Shown piece by piece: positions 9,287 through 18,303 of a stretch of DNA of 64,000 nt. Each line of letters opens with the position of its first letter. Position 1 is the stretch's first letter. The translations under genes and the position numbers were made by a program. The notes below the pieces were generated by a model. It saw nothing but the letters and a program-made list of their open reading frames with translations. It searched no databases and was not told where the DNA came from. Origin of the DNA: a virus; IMG/VR virus record IMGVR_UViG_3300010413_000005, positions 1 to 64,000 of that record, one strand, 5' to 3'.

Positions 9287-9686
9287 CGAACATTTCGTCT
9301 TCTTTCATCCTCTTCAGGACCTCTCCGGCGACGCGATCGAATTCGTCCGGATCGATGCCCATCTCTTGTACTGCTTTCGAGTATTTGTGTTCCGGAGGAA
9401 TTGAACAGAATCCGCCTCTTGGGTCTTCGTAGACTGTGTAGCTTTCGGCCGGCAATATCTTCTTTCGCCTGAGATATCCCTGTACCATGAAAAACGTATC
9501 GCGGTCTTCTTCCACCTTATGGGTGAATTCCAAGTGAAGAGCAAGTTCGCGATCGATTTTTTGTTGATACTCGAGAATTTGGCTTCGCAATTCCACCAGG
9601 TATTCGTACGACGCTCTTACGAAGCTTCCGACTCTCATTTTTTGAACGCGTTCGAACGCGTCCTGTTTGGTTCTGTTTTCCGACAT
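9252..9686 (-). CDS. hypothetical protein
   Basis: AAGGAGATCGAAAATG initiation motif. Confidence 0.65.
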   Translation of the reverse strand: MSENRTKQDAFERVQKMRVGSFVRASYEYLVELRSQILEYQQKIDRELALHLEFTHKVEEDRDTFFMVQGYLRRKKILPAESYTVYEDPRGGFCSIPPEHKYSKAVQEMGIDPDEFDRVAGEVLKRMKEDEMFDDGGASEFFRF

Positions 9687-9706
9687 TTTCGATCTCCTTG
9701 TTTGTG

Positions 9707-10483
9707 TTAGCTGTAAACGACCTTGAATCCTTCTGATTTGGCAACTTCAGTCGCCTCTTTTCTCGAGTTGAAAGGTCCCACGTATCCGGTCGCGTCCGGA
9801 TCCTTCTCGTCGTAGTACCAATATTGACGTCCTTTTTTGAACACGTACGCGGTTCTACCATCGTTCTCGATTCCGTATCCGCAACCTTTGGCTCGTTCTA
9901 CGGCGATCCTTTTGCTTTTGTACGGTCCGTAATCCGTTCCCGTGGGAGCTGTGTAAAACCATCCTTCTTTCCTACGAAAAAGCCAAACTGTGCTTCTCGG
10001 TTTGTCTTCTTTCTTCGGATAAAATCCAGCTTTTTTGATCTTTTCGATCGTTTCCGAAATCGAAGCGAACGGACCTTTATGTTTCAAAGTATCCGGATTG
10101 CGATACCACCAACCTTTCGGAGTGCGATATATGGTGGACAATACGCTCGGTTTCCTATCGACCAATTTGTATGGTATCGGAGTGTCTAAATTGCGATTTT
10201 TTGGGTCCAGAGGAACGCAATACACGTCTTCGTACCAATCTACGTTGGCGTGTACGCTCTCGCATACGTCCAACCACACGAATTTTGGTATTCGACGAAT
10301 CAACCAAGCGTCGTTCCCGGAAACCATATTGAATATCTCCGCGGATATCATTTTTCTGGCTGAAGCGTCTTCTTTCGACGCCTTTCTTTCGTCAATTAGA
10401 CGTTGTAATTTGGCGCACAATTCTGCCGCTTCTTTACAGACTTGGTTTTTGCCTATTTTTTTGAGCCAATTGGTTGATGGCAT
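9707..10483 (-). CDS. hypothetical protein with three internal ~40-aa repeats
   Basis: W(W/F/Y)Y...GP(F/Y)xS...G(F/Y) three times; start after GGGAGATCGAAG. Confidence 0.75.
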   Translation of the reverse strand: MPSTNWLKKIGKNQVCKEAAELCAKLQRLIDERKASKEDASARKMISAEIFNMVSGNDAWLIRRIPKFVWLDVCESVHANVDWYEDVYCVPLDPKNRNLDTPIPYKLVDRKPSVLSTIYRTPKGWWYRNPDTLKHKGPFASISETIEKIKKAGFYPKKEDKPRSTVWLFRRKEGWFYTAPTGTDYGPYKSKRIAVERAKGCGYGIENDGRTAYVFKKGRQYWYYDEKDPDATGYVGPFNSRKEATEVAKSEGFKVVYS

Positions 10484-10497
10484 CTTCGATCTCCCTT

Positions 10498-10635
10498 CTA
10501 ATCTTGAAACGGACAATCATCTTCGCGAGGACAACGTAAGCAATCGGCGAAATCCGATTCTTCGTCCCATCCTTCTTTCTCGCAAGCGTATTTTTCATTG
10601 TCCGGATTTTTTGACTCCAAATTCGTACAAGCCAT
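10498..10635 (-). CDS. small Cys-rich protein
   Basis: MACTNLESK...CLRCPREDDCPFQD after the conserved initiation motif. Confidence 0.55.
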   Translation of the reverse strand: MACTNLESKNPDNEKYACEKEGWDEESDFADCLRCPREDDCPFQD

Positions 10636-10693
10636 TTTTCGATCTCCTTTTTCAAAACAAACGGACAGTAGGCGCCTACTGCCCGCGATAACA

Positions 10694-10969
10694 CTATCGA
10701 GCGCCGATCTCGCTCTCGAGACCACGGAGCGCTTCTTCGCGCGTCCATGCCTGTCGGATTATCTCCGGCAGACCGGTTTCCGGACAAAACGTTTCCGCGT
10801 CCTCCACCATCCACATTACGCGGTCGCCGATCCGAACGTGGACCGGGAAAATGGCGTAGCGCGAGAAGTCTCCGAAGAGCACCTTTTTACCGGCAAGCTG
10901 TCCGGCCTTCGAGTTGTCGTTAGAAGCGATTTTGAGAGTTGAACGAGAGCGTGCCATGAAAACCTCCAA
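10694..10969 (-). CDS. hypothetical protein
   Basis: GGAGG RBS before MARSRS (likely true start at 10957). Confidence 0.6.
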   Translation of the reverse strand: MEVFMARSRSTLKIASNDNSKAGQLAGKKVLFGDFSRYAIFPVHVRIGDRVMWMVEDAETFCPETGLPEIIRQAWTREEALRGLESEIGAR

Positions 10970-10985
10970 AAGGGTTAGGGTTGAA

Positions 10986-11201
10986 CTAATTCACTTTCAC
11001 GTAACGTACGATTTGATCTTTAGTGTCGAAAACGACATTGCGGTTGCGGTTATCTAAACGTTCGATATCTCTGCGAAGAACTTCTCTTTCTTTCACGGCC
11101 CAAAGGCCTAGCTCGTTCGCCATTTCCGCAAGTTGCTCTATTCTATCATCGGACATTCTTCCTCGATCGTCTTCGCTGATCTTCTCGTACCTTCTTGCCA
11201 T
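10986..11201 (-). CDS. hypothetical early protein
   Basis: Directly downstream of the promoter at 11241; AGGGAGA RBS. Confidence 0.6.
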   Translation of the reverse strand: MARRYEKISEDDRGRMSDDRIEQLAEMANELGLWAVKEREVLRRDIERLDNRNRNVVFDTKDQIVRYVKVN

Positions 11202-11793
11202 CTTCGTCTCTCCCTTTTTCTCGTTGCTCTCCATACTTTAAACATAGCGCGTTTTTTGCTTCCAGGCAAGAACTTTTTTCAACTTTTTTTGATTTTTTTT
11301 TGCTACGTCGTTTTTTGAATCCCCAAAACGTGTTTACGTAGTCCGGAGGTCCGGCGATGCGAATCCATCCCGCCCTAACAGCGCGCGGAATGTCCATATT
11401 CCCTCCCCAATGCATAGCTTCGGGCAACGGATCGGCCGGAGGATTGTCTATGAACGCGTACGCCCATTCTCGAGCTTCCAGCCACCAACTCGCTTTGCCA
11501 TGTTTTGGGTTCTCGAACGTGCTGTTCCAGATGTTGTTGGCTCTATCGTTGGCGCGATCGAATACCGCGCAGTATGCTACGATTTGTCGATAGAAGGAAC
11601 GACCGGTCAAAGCAGCTTGCTTTTTCAACACCCAAGCTATCGCGTCTCTCTCTTTCGGTTTCCTACAAGTATCGCATTCGGCTCTAACGCATTTTGCCAA
11701 CGCCAAAGCTGTTTTCTGTTTAGACTCCGCTTGCGCGTAAACCGTAGAATACGCGCAAGCGACCAATACCGCGGAGATTACTAACACCCTCAT
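11146..11793 (-). CDS. secreted SleB/Hydrolase_2-like cell wall hydrolase
   Basis: Signal peptide, LAKCVRAE catalytic-Glu helix, AIAWVL, NTFW. The 3' end runs through a promoter and may be over-extended. Confidence 0.55.
   Translation of the reverse strand: MRVLVISAVLVACAYSTVYAQAESKQKTALALAKCVRAECDTCRKPKERDAIAWVLKKQAALTGRSFYRQIVAYCAVFDRANDRANNIWNSTFENPKHGKASWWLEAREWAYAFIDNPPADPLPEAMHWGGNMDIPRAVRAGWIRIAGPPDYVNTFWGFKKRRSKKKSKKVEKSSCLEAKNALCLKYGEQREKGRDEDGKKVREDQRRRSRKNVR
11241..11269 (-). promoter_or_regulatory. sigma70-type early promoter
   Basis: TTGCCT-N17-TATGTT with upstream A-tracts. Confidence 0.8.
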
Positions 11794-12014
11794 TAATCAG
11801 AATCCTTGTCGGTTCCGGAATCGTCGTCTTCGTACAATCCGAAAGCGTTTTTGGCTTCTTTTACAATCGTATCGGTAGGATCCGGAACATCTCCGGTCAC
11901 GTTGATATCTCCTTCCACTTTGATGTCCGTATCGACGTCGGTGTCGATTACCAAACAACTTATCGCGATCAATATTGACACAACGAACAGAATCGTCATT
12001 TTCGATATACGCAT
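11793..12014 (-). CDS. small membrane or secreted acidic protein
   Basis: Hydrophobic N-terminus; TAATG coupling to the hydrolase gene. Confidence 0.6.
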   Translation of the reverse strand: MRISKMTILFVVSILIAISCLVIDTDVDTDIKVEGDINVTGDVPDPTDTIVKEAKNAFGLYEDDDSGTDKDSD

Positions 12015-12066
12015 AGCGGAACTCCTTTCGCTTTACCGTATGCGTATATCGTACCTTATTTACAGT

Positions 12067-12498
12067 TTATTCCGAAGTTACTGAATTGTGCTTTTCGAGA
12101 CTTCGTTTCGACGCCCTATAGATGTCTAGAGCCAATCTCCATCGATCGACGTCCATTTTCTTGTTTCTATCGATGTAGAAATCAATCATATCGTCCAGAG
12201 CTACCTGTAAGATGGCCGCATTTTGCGCTACTTCCAGATTTTGCGCTGCGGCGGCGACCGCGGTTAGTGGATCTTCATTCATCGACGACCACGACACCTT
12301 CACTTCGAATACTCCGAGATTCACTCCTACTGCGACCTCCGTCTCTACGCGGAAAGCGTGTTTTATCGAACACACATAGAAATCATCGCTCGGATCGCCG
12401 TATCTCGGAGGAAAGAATTCGTGCGCCTTGTTCAACGCTCTTTCCAGAGTCATAGCTACGGTGTGCGGTTCGAAGTCCATTATTGATCTTTTTGCCAT
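12067..12498 (-). CDS. hypothetical protein
   Basis: Start after AGGAGATTCGAAA. Confidence 0.65.
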   Translation of the reverse strand: MAKRSIMDFEPHTVAMTLERALNKAHEFFPPRYGDPSDDFYVCSIKHAFRVETEVAVGVNLGVFEVKVSWSSMNEDPLTAVAAAAQNLEVAQNAAILQVALDDMIDFYIDRNKKMDVDRWRLALDIYRASKRSLEKHNSVTSE

Positions 12499-12511
12499 TT
12501 TCGAATCTCCT

Positions 12512-12832
12512 TTACAAAACAACGATACAATACTGTCTTTTTTTGGTGCGTAGTCGAGTTTTACAAGTTATCAGGCCGGCCTCTTCCAATTTATCGAGTC
12601 CGGAGGCGACTATCGCGTAGAAATTGCTCGATCCGCGGTATCGCGGCATCTCGTCCAGTGTCTTGTACACTTTCTTCTCGTCGATCCAAGCGTAGTTGTG
12701 GCTTTTCCCGTCTATCTTATCGAGAACGTCCAGAATGTCTCGACACAGATTCTCGAGAGATACGCCATATTTCCAACCACGATAATCAGACACGATTTGT
12801 TTGATTCTTGCGTCTTGTCTCGGATCGATCAT
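12512..12832 (-). CDS. hypothetical protein (possible winged helix)
   Basis: GLDKLEEAGLITC resembles a wHTH wing. Confidence 0.55.
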   Translation of the reverse strand: MIDPRQDARIKQIVSDYRGWKYGVSLENLCRDILDVLDKIDGKSHNYAWIDEKKVYKTLDEMPRYRGSSNFYAIVASGLDKLEEAGLITCKTRLRTKKRQYCIVVL

Positions 12833-12841
12833 CTCGTTCTC

Positions 12842-13159
12842 CTATGCCTTACAAGTGAGGGTCGCGAGTTCTTCCATGATTTGTTCGTCAGCGTTTACCA
12901 TCGATAGCGCCCATACGAAAGAAGCTCTGATGTCGTCTTCTTCTCCGGTCCGAATCATTCCGGCGACGTCCAGAACGTCGGAAAGCAGAGGACTCGGAAC
13001 GATTCCCTCGAAAGCCAAACCAGCGTTTTCAGCCGACTCTACGATCGCGTCCCAATCAAGGTCGATTCTGCCTTCAGACTCGTTCGCGAGCGCCCAATCG
13101 TTTAGAAGCGATACGAAGTTGTAAGCTGCGGCGTAAGCGGTGCTGATCGTGGTCTCCAT
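12842..13159 (-). CDS. hypothetical early protein
   Basis: Downstream of the promoter at 13199; conserved initiation motif. Confidence 0.65.
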   Translation of the reverse strand: METTISTAYAAAYNFVSLLNDWALANESEGRIDLDWDAIVESAENAGLAFEGIVPSPLLSDVLDVAGMIRTGEEDDIRASFVWALSMVNADEQIMEELATLTCKA

Positions 13160-13198
13160 TTTCGAATCTCCTTTTTTCTCGTTGCGTCCCATGTTTTA

Positions 13199-13227
13199 AA
13201 TATAGCGCGGATTCCACTTCCAGGCAA
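13199..13227 (-). promoter_or_regulatory. sigma70-type early promoter
   Basis: TTGCCT-N17-TATATT with upstream A-tracts. Confidence 0.8.
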
Positions 13228-13259
13228 GAACTTTTTTCAACTTTTTTTGAATTATTTTA

Positions 13260-13589
13260 CTACTTGTCTAATTTCCAAATACGCGGTCTATCGGCGTGTA
13301 GATTCAGGCCTAGATCGTATTCGAGCGACGCTTCATACAAAACGAACGAGTTGCCGTTTATCGAAACCACGTTTTCTATACACTCCGGTTTTTGTAGAAA
13401 TCCGCCGTGACAACCCGATGGATCTCCGTTGTCCAAAACGTCTATCGGCCGGAGAACATCCAGATTGTAGCAGTACCACAAATGTTCTCCGGTTCCGCGG
13501 ACCTTGGTAGCGCTGGCGAAAGAGCAATCTTTGCAGAATCCCTTATCGCCAGTCGTTACCATAGCGGTTACGTATTCGTCGTAGCCCAC
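13260..13589 (-). CDS. Cys-rich hypothetical protein
   Basis: CKDC...C...C...C; coupled to the upstream gene. Confidence 0.6.
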   Translation of the reverse strand: MGYDEYVTAMVTTGDKGFCKDCSFASATKVRGTGEHLWYCYNLDVLRPIDVLDNGDPSGCHGGFLQKPECIENVVSINGNSFVLYEASLEYDLGLNLHADRPRIWKLDK

Positions 13590-14176
13590 TATTCGATGAA
13601 AGCCTTTTCGCCTTTTTGAGTCAAGACCAAAGAGAAACAGTCTCCGTCTACGTCGTCTACTACGACGTAACCTTCGTCGACCAGTTTTTGTAGTTCGAAA
13701 TGATTCAACTCAGATCGCTCGAATTCCACGAAATGCTCTACCGTAGCGCGCAACTCTTGTATGATCTCGAATCTGCCCAAGAATCTGCTTGACTTCGCCT
13801 CCGAAGCGACGTTTTGTTCTTGTTCTTTGTAAAAACCACAACCTTCAGGATCGTCGCATTCTTCGTTCGCGCCGTCTCCGGGTTTGAATCCGCAACCCGG
13901 ACAAGCGTCGTCATCTTCTTCGTAGTCGTCGTCTTCTTCGTGTTGTTCTTTTCTCATCTCCGAGATTGTGTTTTCCATCGTACACATACATCCGGCGCAG
14001 TAGCCATGTTCCTTATCGAGAGCCACCAACAACTCCGGAATCCAGTACGACTTCGCACGATTGTAAATGTTCCCTCCGGCGCCCTGTACGATTCCCTCCG
14101 CTTCTTCGACCAACTCTTTGATTTGTTCTTTGATCGCTTCGAGCCGTTCGATGTCTTCTACGTAGATATGTCCCAT
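13589..14176 (-). CDS. acidic hypothetical protein with Cys clusters
   Basis: Downstream of the promoter at 14206; CPGCG...C...C. Confidence 0.7.
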   Translation of the reverse strand: MGHIYVEDIERLEAIKEQIKELVEEAEGIVQGAGGNIYNRAKSYWIPELLVALDKEHGYCAGCMCTMENTISEMRKEQHEEDDDYEEDDDACPGCGFKPGDGANEECDDPEGCGFYKEQEQNVASEAKSSRFLGRFEIIQELRATVEHFVEFERSELNHFELQKLVDEGYVVVDDVDGDCFSLVLTQKGEKAFIE

Positions 14177-14205
14177 TTCGAATCTCCTTGCTTGTGTATA
14201 TTCTA

Positions 14206-14234
14206 AGCATAGCGCGTTTTGCGCTTCCAGGCAA
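14206..14234 (-). promoter_or_regulatory. sigma70-type early promoter
   Basis: TTGCCT-N17-TATGCT. Confidence 0.8.
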
Positions 14235-14260
14235 GGACTTTTTTTCAGTTTATTTTGATT

Positions 14261-14527
14261 TTATTTTTCGTACTCTTCGATCAAATCGGAAACCATCGAT
14301 TTGTATTTGTCACTTAAAGTGATAACGTAATTCGTGTCTGTCTCTTCGAGAACATTCACTTGGTTGTTGTTGATCATTTCTTCTACCACGCTTTGCATAT
14401 TTTCGGATTTCTTGAAAGTCGAAATACACCCGTCGGAAGCGCATAGAATTTCCAACACGTTGTCGCAAGACATTTCTATTTCTTCTGGCCAATTTTCCAT
14501 GTGCGTGTAATCCATCACAATCTCCAT
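14261..14527 (-). CDS. hypothetical protein
   Basis: Acidic ORF in the minus-strand run. Confidence 0.6.
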   Translation of the reverse strand: MEIVMDYTHMENWPEEIEMSCDNVLEILCASDGCISTFKKSENMQSVVEEMINNNQVNVLEETDTNYVITLSDKYKSMVSDLIEEYEK

Positions 14528-14571
14528 TGTTTCGTAGCTTCGTATATCAATTTATTCAGTTTATTTTTATT

Positions 14572-14949
14572 TTATGAGACTTGCGTATCTTCGTCTTCGT
14601 CGAAAGCGTTGATCGTGGATTGGTCGTCTTCGTCGAACGCCAATTTCATGATCATGTCTTCCCGGAGCTGGTCGATTTGTTCTGTCAACAAAGCGATAAC
14701 TCTTTGCGAAATGCGTCTTGCGCTTTCGGAATCGATAGTCGACATAACGGCGTTTACCATGACGTTATTCAACTCCAACTCCACGGCGAACGGACTTCCG
14801 GCCTTGGTTGAACAAACTCTTTTCCCTTCGTCCGGCTTGAGGTGTAGCAGCCAAGATATCCCGGATTTGACAGCGAGCGACCGCGTTCTTTGCAAAACGT
14901 TCAATCGATTGATCATCTCCTTGAATTCGTCCATGTTTACGTCTTTCAT
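14572..14949 (-). CDS. hypothetical protein
   Basis: AAGGAG RBS; TAATG coupling. Confidence 0.65.
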   Translation of the reverse strand: MKDVNMDEFKEMINRLNVLQRTRSLAVKSGISWLLHLKPDEGKRVCSTKAGSPFAVELELNNVMVNAVMSTIDSESARRISQRVIALLTEQIDQLREDMIMKLAFDEDDQSTINAFDEDEDTQVS

Positions 14950-15236
14950 TACACTTCTCCTTCGTTTTGTTTGCTTTTTTTGATCAATTCGTCGATTCCG
15001 GAAACTAACGAATTGGCCAATACGTTGGCATCCATTACCTTCAAGAACGACGCTGTTATATTCAGTTCGGCCGGTTCCAAACCGTTCCCTTCGAATTTCA
15101 TTATGGCTTCTTCGTCGTCCTCCGGATTCTCCGTCGTTTTGCAGCAGTTGTAATCGTGCCCGAGATCGTTCAATCCGGCGATTGCCGAATCAGCTATCTT
15201 GTGTATTTTATCCTTTGGAACGTCCTTGAATTTCAT
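14949..15236 (-). CDS. hypothetical protein
   Basis: Coupled to its neighbours. Confidence 0.6.
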   Translation of the reverse strand: MKFKDVPKDKIHKIADSAIAGLNDLGHDYNCCKTTENPEDDEEAIMKFEGNGLEPAELNITASFLKVMDANVLANSLVSGIDELIKKSKQNEGEV

Positions 15237-15549
15237 TTATTCCCATCCTTTTCAAGAATTCTGTAAAATCGTTGGACCAAGCCCAACGGCGTATCATCTC
15301 GTCGTAAACCGCGGCCAGAGACTTGTCGTCGTTCAAGAATTCCTCCGGAGCCGAAGTCGTTATGTACGGTTTGTGTCCGAACCAAGCGATCTCTCTTATG
15401 CCTTCCACTTTGGATTTTCTGGTGGAAAATATGTGGCGCATCAATCCGGCCTTCTCCTTGACCAACTGTGCTTCTCTTTCTCTGTGGCGCTCTCCGGAAA
15501 TCCGGATAATCTCCGCCCAACCTGCCAGACTGTTTTTCGTTTCTCCCAT
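15208..15549 (-). CDS. hypothetical protein
   Basis: AGGAG RBS before MGETKNSL. Confidence 0.55.
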   Translation of the reverse strand: MGETKNSLAGWAEIIRISGERHREREAQLVKEKAGLMRHIFSTRKSKVEGIREIAWFGHKPYITTSAPEEFLNDDKSLAAVYDEMIRRWAWSNDFTEFLKRMGINEIQGRSKG

Positions 15550-15557
15550 AGCAACTC

Positions 15558-15686
15558 CTATCCGGCGCTCGATATGGCGCCGATCGCTAAAGCGAAGAAG
15601 AATACACACAAACCGATTACCGTGTATTCGGCGACGTCGTTTATGCAACTCCAAATCGCTGTTTCGTTGATTACGATAAATGGCAT
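15558..15686 (-). CDS. 42-aa membrane peptide (not in the ORF track)
   Basis: AAGGAG RBS; MPFIVINETAIWSCINDVAEYTVIGLCVFFFALAIGAISSAG. Confidence 0.45.
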   Translation of the reverse strand: MPFIVINETAIWSCINDVAEYTVIGLCVFFFALAIGAISSAG

Positions 15687-15687
15687 T

Positions 15688-15861
15688 TTACTCCTTCTCG
15701 TTTCGTCGCCTTCTACGAATATCTGCGACGCGTTTTCTTTCGCGTTTCTTCGCGATCGTTTTCTCGTACCAAATTTTCATACGTTTGCGCTTTTCGTCGT
15801 CCATAGGTTCGTCGTCCAGAATATCGTCGACGATTACAAACGTTCTTCCATCTCTGCTCAT
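15688..15861 (-). CDS. small protein with a Walker-B-like segment
   Basis: MSRDGRTFVIVDDILDDE...; ATGA overlap with the upstream gene; GAGGA RBS. Confidence 0.5.
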   Translation of the reverse strand: MSRDGRTFVIVDDILDDEPMDDEKRKRMKIWYEKTIAKKRERKRVADIRRRRRNEKE

Positions 15862-16220
15862 TTCCAATCCTCTTCTTCGCATTCCCAACCCGGTTCCAAA
15901 AGCTTCTCCGGAGCTTCCTTCCAACCGAGTTGCTTCGCCACCCACTCCAATTTCTCTTTGTCTGAACCGAAACGACTGTATCCGCCTTTTCTGCGAATTC
16001 CAGAATGAAAAATGCGAGATAAGAATTGTCCGTGCCCCTTTACTTCCACCCAAACGAAATATACGTCTATGGGATTTCCGTCCGGTCCCTTTTTCGAGTG
16101 ATAATTGTATCCTTCTGTGACGCAATAACAGAAATGGAAATCTTGCGCCGCTTCTCCGGGAGATTCAGCACATACCACAGACCATACGCTCTGTGACAGC
16201 AATTTGACTTTATATTCCAC
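15858..16220 (-). CDS. hypothetical protein
   Basis: AAGGAG RBS. Confidence 0.6.
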   Translation of the reverse strand: MEYKVKLLSQSVWSVVCAESPGEAAQDFHFCYCVTEGYNYHSKKGPDGNPIDVYFVWVEVKGHGQFLSRIFHSGIRRKGGYSRFGSDKEKLEWVAKQLGWKEAPEKLLEPGWECEEEDWK

Positions 16221-16223
16221 GAA

Positions 16224-16808
16224 TTACTCCTTTTCGATCAACCTACAATGTACGTCTCCGAAATGATTGGCGCAATATATCGTTCCCTTGCCGTGCGCCA
16301 CCTCTATTTGTGCCGTAGCGAATCCTACGTACGGATAACTGCCTTCAGGCAATTGTGTGTGTATAATCAGCTTGTCCGGCGCCCCGTGAGAACGTAACAC
16401 GTCAACTCTAGTTATCTTGATGATGCCTAATCGAGGTCGCGATCTCAGCTCGCGATACATCTCTCCAATTTTGAAAGGACCGAGCGATCTTTCTTCGAAC
16501 GACAATCCCTCAATCTCGTAATGCGCTCGAGCCTTTTCCATTCCGGAGGAGAATCCCAAATCTGTGTAGAACACTCTTTTGTCCATAATCCTGGACATCG
16601 CCAAGCCGGCCTTGATCCCCAGTTCGCGCTCCTCCTTTTTGTCGTCGTCCAGCGCTGAAGTCAGCATTCTATGGCTCGCGTACGGAGTCTCTCCGCGGTG
16701 AATACAATCCAAAATACACATGTCTAGATAGGCGTTGTTTCTATCGATCTCTCCTGCGTACGGAGATTCTATGGTGACGGAAGTTGCTATTTTTATCGAT
16801 TCATACAT
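16224..16808 (-). CDS. N-deoxyribosyltransferase-fold-like phage protein
   Basis: VTIESPYAG...RGETPYASH...FYTDLGFSSGM pattern common in phages. Confidence 0.65.
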   Translation of the reverse strand: MYESIKIATSVTIESPYAGEIDRNNAYLDMCILDCIHRGETPYASHRMLTSALDDDKKEERELGIKAGLAMSRIMDKRVFYTDLGFSSGMEKARAHYEIEGLSFEERSLGPFKIGEMYRELRSRPRLGIIKITRVDVLRSHGAPDKLIIHTQLPEGSYPYVGFATAQIEVAHGKGTIYCANHFGDVHCRLIEKE

Positions 16809-16816
16809 GTGATCTC

Positions 16817-18109
16817 CTATTCGGTCCCGTACATTCCGCGCGGTCTACATGATTTCGGAGGAACCGGGATGCCTTCCAGTCTTTGTAGTTTACCTATCGC
16901 CTCCGCTTCGATTTGTCTGATTCTTTCTCGACTCACGCCTAGTGCTTCGCCTATCTCGCGCAAAGTGAGCTGTCCTTCTTTATCAAAACCGAAGCGTTTT
17001 CTGATAACGAATCTTTCCCTATCGGTCAGAAATTTCATTATGTGTTCTACTCGTTCCGCGTTTTCCAATCTCACCGCTCTGTCGTCTTGTCTCTCGGATT
17101 TTGAATCTTTGAGCAGGTTGATACGAGGAGACTCGCTATCCCCCACTCCGACGTCTAAAGAAGAGAACTCAGAAGGAATATCCAATATGGCCTGCATCCT
17201 TTTGTTGGTCAGATTCATTTTTTTGGCCAATTCTTTGGTCGTAGGCCGGCGATTCTTCAAAGCGTAAAATTCGCCTTTTGCTTTCTTCGCCTTATACATC
17301 AAAATGTACGCGTTCGAAGGAATCTTTATCTCCCTGTGTAATTGGCAAGACGCCCTGTGTACGGCTTGATTTATCCAATTCAAACCGTACGTAGAGAATT
17401 TGTACCCCTTCCTGTAATCGAATTTTTCGGCCGCTCGTATCAGACCGAGATTGCCCTCTTGTACGTTATCGTACACGTACGAAGTCCCTACGAATCGGCG
17501 TACCACGGATAAAAACGACAGCTTGACGTTGGCCTCTATCAACTCGTTTATGGCCGATCGACTTATCCGCGAAAGTCGTTCCATTTCGACGATCAATTCC
17601 GCCAATTTCTTGAAGCCAATTCCGGTAGCACTCCTGGATATTCTGTCAGCGTACTTAGAAGGGCGCCCTACGGAGCGAGACATTACGGAATAGCATTCTT
17701 CCAGATCTTTTATGGTTTTCTTCCAGAATCTATCGTTCACCCTAATTCCGGACATCAGTTTGATTTGTTCTTTCCTGATACGTCTAGCTTTAGTACGGTC
17801 GCGGCCGGAGGAAATGATCTCGATCCTTTCAGCTTCCATTTTGCTTACTTCGGACACCAATTTCAACAACAATCCTTCTTCTTCGTCTCTCGGCCAAGGC
17901 AGTGCGAAGTAAACGGACATTTCTTCATGATATCCCACTGACAAATCGGCTAACGCAGGTAATAGAAGTTGCGACTTCAGTATCGTATCCCTCAACTCGT
18001 TTTGGGCCGATTCTATCCGTTTGGCCACTTCCACTTCGCCCTCCCGAGTCAAACGAATATCTTTTACGTAGTATTCTGGCAGCGTTTGTTCGTCGCGTTC
18101 AGTTGCCAA
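16817..18109 (-). CDS. RpoD-like sigma70 factor
   Basis: Region 1.2 (LTREGEVEVAKRIE), region 2 (QEGNLGLIRAAEKFDYRKGYKFSTY) and region 4 (TLREIGEALGVSRERIRQIE). Confidence 0.95.
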   Translation of the reverse strand: MATERDEQTLPEYYVKDIRLTREGEVEVAKRIESAQNELRDTILKSQLLLPALADLSVGYHEEMSVYFALPWPRDEEEGLLLKLVSEVSKMEAERIEIISSGRDRTKARRIRKEQIKLMSGIRVNDRFWKKTIKDLEECYSVMSRSVGRPSKYADRISRSATGIGFKKLAELIVEMERLSRISRSAINELIEANVKLSFLSVVRRFVGTSYVYDNVQEGNLGLIRAAEKFDYRKGYKFSTYGLNWINQAVHRASCQLHREIKIPSNAYILMYKAKKAKGEFYALKNRRPTTKELAKKMNLTNKRMQAILDIPSEFSSLDVGVGDSESPRINLLKDSKSERQDDRAVRLENAERVEHIMKFLTDRERFVIRKRFGFDKEGQLTLREIGEALGVSRERIRQIEAEAIGKLQRLEGIPVPPKSCRPRGMYGTE

Positions 18110-18303
18110 TCGAAGTCTCCTGTGTCCAATCCGATTTTCTTAGAAACGCGTTTCACCTCTTCAAGCAACGCGTTCGCCTCTTCTTCTGTACCGCTTACTA
18201 TCACCAATCTGCTTCCCTTGGGCAACCTTATCAATTCTTTGATCACCCTCAAGGCTAATTGGTGTCTTCTACCGATCCTGTCCGAATTCGACCACATATT
18301 CAT
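18064..18303 (-). CDS. hypothetical protein
   Basis: Likely start MNMWSN in an ATGA overlap. Confidence 0.5.
   Translation of the reverse strand: MNMWSNSDRIGRRHQLALRVIKELIRLPKGSRLVIVSGTEEEANALLEEVKRVSKKIGLDTGDFDWQLNATNKRCQNTT

Noticed and set aside
11146-11320. Basic C-terminal extension of the cell wall hydrolase as a real domain
   Set aside because: It is translated from promoter A-tracts; one extra A in a homopolymer would stop the protein just after NTFWGF.
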